Origin: Anthoceros angustus
Taxonomy: Eukaryota; Plantae; Anthocerotophyta
Reading direction: 5' to 3'
NCBI GenBank assembly: GCA_010909165.1
Contig: VJWM01000443.1
Coordinates: 1 to 6,138, forward strand
DNA length: 6,138 nucleotides
Positions 1-6,138 of the stretch are shown in pieces. Each line of letters opens with the position of its first letter. The stretch's first letter is position 1. The translations under genes and the position numbers were made by a program. Under the pieces are notes generated by a model. It had not been told where the DNA came from and ran no database searches. It was given only the letters and a program-made list of their open reading frames with translations.

Positions 1-2690
1 GGAATGGAGCAGATTTGCGGTCGGGAAGTTAGATCCGTGGTAGTTGGATAAGGCGAGGGGAGTAGTAGTTGAGTAGATAGGTGTAAGGAGTGGTAGCGGT
101 CCAGTCACTTAGGCAAAGGTTGGTAGTGATAGAAGATAGCGTCTTTTGGCACAAACCATTCCCTTGGGAGCGAATCCCGGGACTACAGCGACATTGAGGG
201 TAATGTGGACCTCCGTTGCCACAACACGCAGTTCAACCCACAGCACACCAAGTGCACACTTTGCCGCAAGTGACGCAAAGTGTGCACACGCTCAAGTTTG
301 GGGCCGGAGTGGGCATGGTGGACAAGCGGGTAACACAGAGCACGCATCTTTGGCGGTGTTTAAGCATGGGACAAGGAGGCAACCTTTGAGGGCGGTGGCG
401 GCGATTGCAAGAAGGAAAGTGGAATCGTGGAAGGGCGGACAAGCGGCAGCGTGAAAGGCCGACCGCCTGAGCACTTGATCTGGAATGGCGCAATCAATTT
501 CTGCAAGGGGGTGGTGTTCTGCGGTGATGGCAGTAGCGGTCTGGATCTTCTGGCGCGGTGAGTGCGGTGGACAACGATGCACTGGTTAAAGCCTTGATAA
601 ACAAGCATGGGGTGAAATGGCTGAAGGAGGCCATGCAAAACCACATGAAGCGGGGAGGGACTCATGTTGTTCGGCCGAGGCAAGGCACGAGCTAATCTTG
701 AGTGAGGACGAAGGTTGTGAATGAACTCGTGCACAGCAAGATGGCGGGGCGTTAGAAGAAGAGAAAGCACGGTTAGTGAAATCCTGTACAAGCATTCCTG
801 CACAGTGGTCAAGTCCAGCATAAGCCGACACTTCGCAGATGGCGGACACGCAATTCTCGATGTGTGGAAGCTGCGGCGGCTAGAGGAAATGGTAGAGGGG
901 AGGACATGGGAAGAAACCGAGCATGGTGGATGAAGAGTGGAAGATGCACTTGCATGGGCTCGGATGGAGTTGAAGAGGAAGGAAGTTTGAGCCATCAAGT
1001 CGAAATCGCAGCAAAAGAGAGGCTAGCCAAAAGCGGGATGGGTCCAAACCCATGGGGAAAGGGAGGCGTCTTGGTGGGTGGTGAGGTTTGAGAATCGGCA
1101 TGGGCGGTTTCCAACGGAAGAAGAGGCGAGTATGGGAGGTTGAAGAGGACGATTTCCATGCGCCTCTGTGGGCGGTCCGCGATAGTGGGGTTCGTGCGGA
1201 GTTCCTATCGTGGTAAGTGTATGACAAGACACCGAGATTCAGCCATTGCAAGGAGAACAAGGAAATGACCATTTTGCTTAATGACATTGAATTGGAGATG
1301 GATCCGATATGGTGGCCTTCCGAGGCGGGAAGGAAGGGGTGGGAGGCAGCGGTGGGTGCGTGGTGGCGATGTGGGCGTGAGAGGCTAGGAAGGAATGCGG
1401 ATGGCGGAAGGGGCTTGGAGGAGGAGGAGGCGGGCACAGTATTGGAAGGGGGGAAGGCGCGATGAAACAAGCGGTGAAGTGGAGGCAGGCGTCATGAGGC
1501 ATGAGAGGGAGGAGGCGGAGAGAAGCAGTGTGGGCAATTGTGGTGCCGCGACACCACGATCGCCTGTGTTTGGTGGAAGCGCATGCAGGAATGGTGTGAT
1601 GGAGGCGGGCGGCAGGGTGTCGTGGGCAGCAAACACTGGAGAGGTGGAGGGTGCAGGGGCGGAAGGTGACGGCCATGTTTGCGGAGGTGGAGGCCGTTGG
1701 GATCGGATGGATTAGACGCCGTTGAATGGCGGGAACAATGAGTGTGGAGGCGAGTCGGGTGGTGGACCACGGAGGGGCAACCGTCACCGAGGAAACACAC
1801 TTGTGTGCACTGGACACCAAAAAGCAGGGGAGTAGGAGGAGGCGGGTGGCGGGGCGGGCGGTGGATCACCCGGCGGCCATGCTGGGCGGGGCAAAAGGCG
1901 CGTACTAGCATGAGGATGTCGAGGGGAGAGAATGAAGGAGGTCAAGAGGGCATCATGCGGCCTTTGATATGGGCAAAGGCCGATTACGCGAGGCAAGGGG
2001 CGGGCGTGGGGGCCTGCGATAACATGGGGCCATCCAAGAGGCGGTCTGAAGAGGACGATGTGCCTAATTTCGTGCAGACACATATCTTGCAGCCTCGGAT
2101 CGAGAGCATGGACCTACATAGTGGAGCCCGTTGAGGCAACGCCACCTGCGATAAAGGGTGGCGGGAAGAGGAAAAGAGGAGGAGTAGAGGGGCGGCGGTG
2201 GCGGTGGGCAGTGTGAGGGGCAGCTGCGGAGAAGGAAGACGGAAGAGGAAAATGTCCTGGCGAGGAAGATACGAGGAGGGACGGGCGGAAGGTAAGGCAA
2301 ATGGTCGATGGTGATTGGTACACCCATTAACGTTGGGTAACTCATGATGGCCATGCTGGTTTGTATGTGCAATGTGCAGGCGGGGAGGAAGCGGTGAAGT
2401 GGCAAAGCTTGCCTCGAAACGGGAGGAAGAAGAAAATTGGGAATCGAGCAGGAGGCGGAAGTTTCCTGAGGTGCATACGATGGCAGTAGGAAGTGCCTTA
2501 CATGGAGGCGAGAAAAGCATAAGCCGAGCATACCAAAACTCCTCCGCACAATCTTGTAGGGGCATAACCTCACGGTGATGCGTCACAATAAGGTGATAGG
2601 TGGGGACAATGGGGGCCATGGGAAGCTGGCTATTGGTGACGTGGGAAGGACAAACCGCCGGCATGCTATAAAGTAGGGGTAGAAAGAGCC
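1..2690. other. G/purine-skewed degenerate block with no recognisable coding content
   Basis: The plus strand is consistently G-rich and C-poor (hand count for 1321-1380: 36 G vs 7 C). The many overlapping ORFs here are Pro/Ser/His-rich on minus and Gly/Arg/Glu-rich on plus, as expected from the skew alone. I saw no gag, RT, integrase or transposase motif in the frames I read. Confidence 0.6.
252..287. repeat. Perfect 13-bp inverted repeat with 10-nt loop
   Basis: gtgcacactttgc (252-264) is the exact reverse complement of gcaaagtgtgcac (275-287). Confidence 0.9.
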
Positions 2691-2900
2691 GTCGCTATTT
2701 ACACGTATAGTAAATACATAGTACCGTACCATGAATATATACGGACCGATTATCGTATGGAATATATAGTATACAAACTTATTTTATATGAAATTGAATA
2801 CGCCCTAGCACTTAGAATAATATATTACATTTATCAGTAGACTACATGTGTATAGTATAAGGATGTATTACGTATTTATATGGTCGTATTGAAGGGCGTG
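2690..2900. other. AT-rich, TpA-enriched island
   Basis: Abrupt switch from G-rich to AT-rich sequence. Approximate hand counts for 2691-2880: TpA ~41, ApT ~34, CpA+TpG ~15, ApC+GpT ~27; several CpG retained. Confidence 0.75.
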
Positions 2901-2991
2901 TGGTAACTACCAAGTAAAGCGTGGTATTTCAAAGGGCAAAAGTAAAAGGAATAGTGGATGGGGAGGAGGTTCGGTACCAAGCCTCCAAAAG

Positions 2992-3235
2992 TGTTACAAG
3001 ACCTCTCTTGTAACACTTTAGATGTTACAATCATGTTGCAATTTTGAGAGAGGGCAAACCACCTCTCTCTTCATCTTAACATAATTGCAACACCATTGCA
3101 ACATGATTGCAACAACAGCCGTGATATGGTTTCCAAGCCAAAGTGTAACAAGGGGCCCAATAAGTGTTACATGACCCCAAAATTGCAACATGAGTGTTAC
3201 ATCCAGGGGTCCAAATCTTAACATAAAGTGTAACA
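2992..3235. repeat. Array of 12 TGTT(A/G)CA motifs in both orientations
   Basis: Forward copies at 2992, 3023, 3034, 3165, 3195. Reverse copies (TG(T/C)AACA) at 3009, 3086, 3097, 3108, 3144, 3184, 3229. Also a 12-bp direct repeat, atcttaacataa, at 3073 and 3215. Confidence 0.92.
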
Positions 3236-3245
3236 TAGGGTGCCC

Positions 3246-3258
3246 TTTTCTAGTAGGG
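3246..3258 (-). repeat. Degenerate CACTA-type terminal inverted repeat
   Basis: Plus strand ttttctagtaggg; a single G-to-T change at 3257 would give TTTTCTAGTAGTG (= CACTACTAGAAAA on minus). Confidence 0.6.
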
Positions 3259-3578
3259 CCAGGTCTGCCTTGGATTCCACTACTGGCCCTATGGATTAAC
3301 GGTTACAATGGTATTGAGGGGGATTCCCAGGCAAGAGCTGGATGGATTCTATGCAACAGTGGACGGAATGGGCGAAGATATGCACATACGCTTTTGGTCA
3401 CCAAGAAACCTCATTTGCACATAAGCGATGACATCAACACACATCTCCTGGCGATAATGGATCGCCAAGATAATGCCTCGTCGTTGAGAGCGCCGGGTTG
3501 AAATCGGCCTTGCGTGATTCCAAAAGTGTTCAAGATGTAAGTCGGTTGAATGGGTCATGTATCACTTCCATTTTTAGT

Positions 3579-3586
3579 TAGGGTTT
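3579..3586. promoter_or_regulatory. Telo-box-like motif TAGGGTTT
   Basis: Exact TAGGGTTT. Further copies at 5321-5328 and a near copy (aaccctaaacct) at 5500-5511. Useful as a hint of plant origin; function is not supported. Confidence 0.3.
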
Positions 3587-4254
3587 TGCCCCATCGGTAT
3601 ACTCATTGTTTCCTCTTATAATGAAAGGGAGAACAATTTTGCGCGTTCTCCTCGCCCATGAAGGTGCTGAAGAAGCAGTGTAGTGATCGGAGACCGGTGA
3701 TCCCGGGCAAGGCGGGCGGTGAAATGCTGCCACCGTTTCAGCGGGCGGTGGGTCGGCTTGACCGACACGATGCCCACCATGCAACCGGAGATGGAGGGCG
3801 AGGTTCCCTGGCCGAGCCGAGCGAGCTCTCCTGGAAGAGGAGGCAGATCCTCGGCCTCGTGGGGCGCGGAGGCGAGCACAGGCCGCCCATGGCTCGCAAC
3901 ATGTCCAGCCTGTGGGTCTTCGAATCGAGGCTTTTGAGGAGGAGGTGACCCCTCCTCGTCGAAGAGACAGCGCCCGGCAGCGCACCGAAAGAAGAAGAAG
4001 GAATCCGCAACCGCCCGTGTCTCCGGTCAAGATGTATTAGAGGAACGGACGTGCGGAGGCGCCACTGGAGAATGGTCAGGCCGTGAGGCCGAGACCGTTC
4101 AGGCCGTCTACGCCGTCCGGTCTGGCTGAGGCCGGCAGGGAGCGGGACGGGGCCGAGACGCAACTCGATCGCAGCCAAGGCGGGGCAGTCTGGAACTATA
4201 GACCGTTGCCTATACCCGCTTGTCATTGCTCTCTCTTCACGGTTTGCCACCGCC

Positions 4255-5411
4255 TTAACTACCGACTATCATTTTCGCTTCAATCCTTTTACATCTCCAG
4301 CAGTGGTGGTTCAAACTCTGCGTTAGCGTTATATCCTGGATCCCCATGGGTGGGAAGTAATTTGTCAGAGTGGCGCTCACAGGGTGCCGTCCTGTAGTTG
4401 CTGTTTGCAAGGGGTTGACAAAATAAATATTAGTAAAAGTAAAAGCAAAGTAAGAAACGTATAATACGAATAACAATTAAGTACCTTCTTGGATTTGAAA
4501 ATCAACATTGCTTCCGTATTCCATCCCCGATTCAAAAAGCCATCGAGAACACTTATCATAGTGGATGCACCGTCAATCGGGCGACAAGGCGCATCGCGTG
4601 CAAAACAGAACGGGTTGAGCAAGGCAACCCAGGTGACGCCCACGATACGTCGTTCCGGTGCTTTGAAACCAATTGTTCATGCGATCCCGCATCAAAATAA
4701 TGTTAAAAGCTTGTCGCCACCAATCGGAAACTTATGTGGAAGTAATAAGTGCGAATACGTTCTTAAATGCACACAACACGATAATTTTGAAGGGGATATA
4801 CTAACCCCTTGATTACTGACACCCCTTGTCACGAAGAACACCTTACCTAAACATGTGCCCTACTTTGATAATGCACACACCCTTTACGAGGTCATACCGG
4901 TGATAAAAGCACTTTCAAGTGAACACCCTAGAAATGGAGCCATGGGGTGTGGGCCGTGCATTTTTGTAGAATGTTTAGAGGGCTGCCATTTTATATGTTT
5001 ATTACAACCGAAAACTTTTACTTTGAAGTGGTGGAACACAATGAAAACAATCACATGCTAGAGAGTCTCATTTTAATCGTCGTAAGAACATTGCAACAAA
5101 CATACGCTAAAGGAGGGTGGTCATCGGCATCGACAATAGTCATTGAAGAGTGCGGCTGGCGACTCATCCATGCCTTGCAAACAACGAGTCAAGAACCACC
5201 GCCATATTCGGATGCGGTCCATATCGTCGCCTCAAAGTTATCGTTCTCCTCCATTGCTTGCTGGCTTCAATAGTATCATTCCACAGGCCCACCATCGGCG
5301 GTGTGGTGCCACACGGCATCTAGGGTTTCGACCCTCATCCAAAAGGTCGCCATCGTAGTCTTCAACCTTCGGCACTCAATGCAACCACTTGGGCTTTAAG
5401 GCAATGCAGTC
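4255..5411 (-). pseudogene. Possible decayed multi-exon gene remnant of unknown family, probably TE-associated
   Basis: Candidate exons: 5411-5106 (TTTTAAG| ... |GTATGT, 306 nt), 4686-4485 (acceptor reads GG, not AG) and 4400-4255. Phases are compatible (0/0/1). The last two join to DRMNNWFQSTG...SPD*RCIHYDKCSRWLFESG...QIQE-ATTGRHPVS...MIVGS* with one internal TGA. The first exon has 4 stops, no better than random. No homology recognised. Confidence 0.3.
4401..4484 (-). other. Plant-type spliceosomal intron (84 nt; alternative acceptor 9 nt further on gives 93 nt)
   Basis: Minus strand: AAG|GTACTT donor at 4484, very U-rich body, TACTAAT branch-like motif ~30 nt before the acceptor, and ends TTGCAAACAG| at 4401 (or CTACAG| at 4392). 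Flanked on both sides by higher-GC, exon-like sequence. Confidence 0.6.
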
Positions 5412-5479
5412 CTTAAAATGAACAAAGTTAGTTGCCCATGCGCCCATGCAAGCATCCTTAAAATCAACAAAGTTGAGTT
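5401..5479. repeat. Short tandem duplication (~45-bp period)
   Basis: tccttaaaatgaacaaagtt (5410-5429) vs tccttaaaatcaacaaagtt (5455-5474) are 19/20 identical, with similar gcaa(t)gca flanks. Confidence 0.85.
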
Positions 5480-5599
5480 ATTAAAAGATATGGGTTTTGA
5501 ACCCTAAACCTATTCATTACTAAACCTTTTTCCCAAACACTAGACCAACAATCCCAAGTTACAAACCTTGAGCCACTACATATTTATTTTCTTAAAAGG

Positions 5600-6138
5600 C
5601 GACCTATGAGGAGGCGCCGGTGGCCCGGCCTAGGGGCGGTGTGCTAGGGAGGCGGCGGCCCGGCGCCAGGCATGGCGTGTTGGTGGGGCGCCCGGCCGGC
5701 CGGGCAAGGGCAGGGCGTCGAGGCGCGGCGGCCATGGGCGAGTGTGGGGAGGCGCCCGGCGAGCAATGGGGTGTGCTAGGGAGGGCCGCCGGCGCCCATG
5801 GGCGTGTGCTAGGGGGAGGCGGCCCATGGGCACGGCGATGGGCGGGTGTCTAGGGGAGGCGCCCGGCCGGCGCCATGAGCAGCATCTTGGGGAGGCACCG
5901 GCCCGCCCCTCCCACCCGCAACGGGTGGTGCTAAGGAGGCGCCGGCGCCCGCCCTCCTTCGTAGGCCACCGATGGGTGGGCGTGTGGGCGTGGCGGCCGC
6001 CCTCTGTGCTCACCCGTGGGGTGGGCAAGCTGGTGGCGCGCCGCGGCGCCGGCCGGCGCCCTCCTCACGCCACCCGTCGGTGGGCCCTACGTATGGGTGG
6101 TGCGTGGAGGGAGGCGCCGGCGCCTCGCGCTCCACCCT
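5600..6138. repeat. Very GC-rich degenerate tandem array (approximate unit GTGTGCTAGGGGAGGCGCCCGGCGCCCATGGGC) with palindromes; runs off the window
   Basis: GAGGC-type cores at about 5611, 5649, 5720, 5749, 5781, 5816, 5856, 5892, 5936 and 6111. TGCTA(G/A)G at about 5642, 5774, 5807 and 5929. Sharp boundary with the AT-rich sequence at ~5600. Confidence 0.85.

Larger units (their letters stand above)
2988..3258. mobile_element. Probable terminal region of a CACTA (En/Spm) DNA transposon: subterminal repeats plus degenerate TIR; the other end is not seen
   Basis: Reading the minus strand from 3258 gives CCCTACTAGAAAA, 11/13 identical to the maize En/Spm TIR CACTACAAGAAAA (the CACTA A at position 2 is mutated). 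Immediately inside lies a 250-bp array of direct and inverted short motifs, the typical CACTA end architecture. No matching left TIR or 3-bp TSD copy was found upstream. Confidence 0.65.

Noticed and set aside
1327-1356. Potential G-quadruplex
   Set aside because: It needs a 10-nt loop and is expected in a block this G-rich.
360-1470. Long minus-strand ORFs (212 aa and 196 aa) as retrotransposon gag
   Set aside because: The Pro/Ser richness first suggested Ty3/gypsy gag, but I found no conserved gag core or CCHC knuckle in the frames read. C/T-rich strands are depleted of stop codons, which explains the ORF lengths.
1141-2402. Exact repeats tgaagaggacgat (1141, 2047) and aagcggtgaagtgg (1469, 2389) suggesting an old ~910-bp duplication
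   Set aside because: The flanks do not align and the offsets differ (906 vs 920). Such matches are plausible in purine-biased sequence.
1984-2664. 226-aa minus-strand ORF
   Set aside because: Low-complexity, no recognisable domain, and overlapped by similar-quality ORFs in other frames.
2934-2983. Polypurine tract and a TGGTACC PBS-like word as an LTR boundary
   Set aside because: No TG...CA LTR edge follows and there is no convincing tRNA complementarity.
2988-3240. CRISPR-like array or bacterial terminators
   Set aside because: The motifs are 7 bp, irregularly spaced and in both orientations; the context is eukaryotic and no cas genes are present.
3238-3254. Helitron 3' end (CTAG|T)
   Set aside because: It lacks the 16-20-bp GC-rich hairpin upstream; the CACTA TIR reading explains more bases.
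3578-4250. Overlapping 150-aa and 170-aa GC-rich ORFs as a real gene
   Set aside because: ORFs are open on both strands and in several frames because of high GC; there is no domain or supporting gene structure.
5574-5580. CACTACA as a second CACTA TIR
   Set aside because: It is not followed by the A-rich TIR remainder or the TGTTRCA array, and its orientation does not pair with the 3258 end.
5620-6028. ORFs within the GC array
   Set aside because: They are artefacts of stop-poor repetitive sequence.

Overview
Eukaryotic, repeat-rich, essentially non-genic DNA. I found no intact gene, RNA gene, CRISPR array or prokaryotic system, and none of the supplied ORFs resembles a family I recognise. 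The window is a mosaic. (1) 1-2690: a strongly G/purine-skewed block with one 13-bp hairpin. (2) ~2690-2900: an AT-rich island with RIP-like dinucleotide bias. (3) 2988-3258: a probable CACTA (En/Spm) terminus with a degenerate TIR and 12 direct/inverted TGTTRCA motifs. (4) ~3260-4250: unassigned, partly GC-rich sequence. (5) ~4255-5603: a minus-strand exon/intron 'ghost' of a decayed gene of unknown family, with one convincing plant-type intron and a duplicated acceptor. (6) 5600-6138: a very GC-rich degenerate repeat array full of palindromes. The right half looks plant (grass)-like, while parts of the left half look more fungal, so a chimeric or artefactual origin cannot be excluded. I cannot support a claim of a novel biological system; the best leads are structural and transposon-related.
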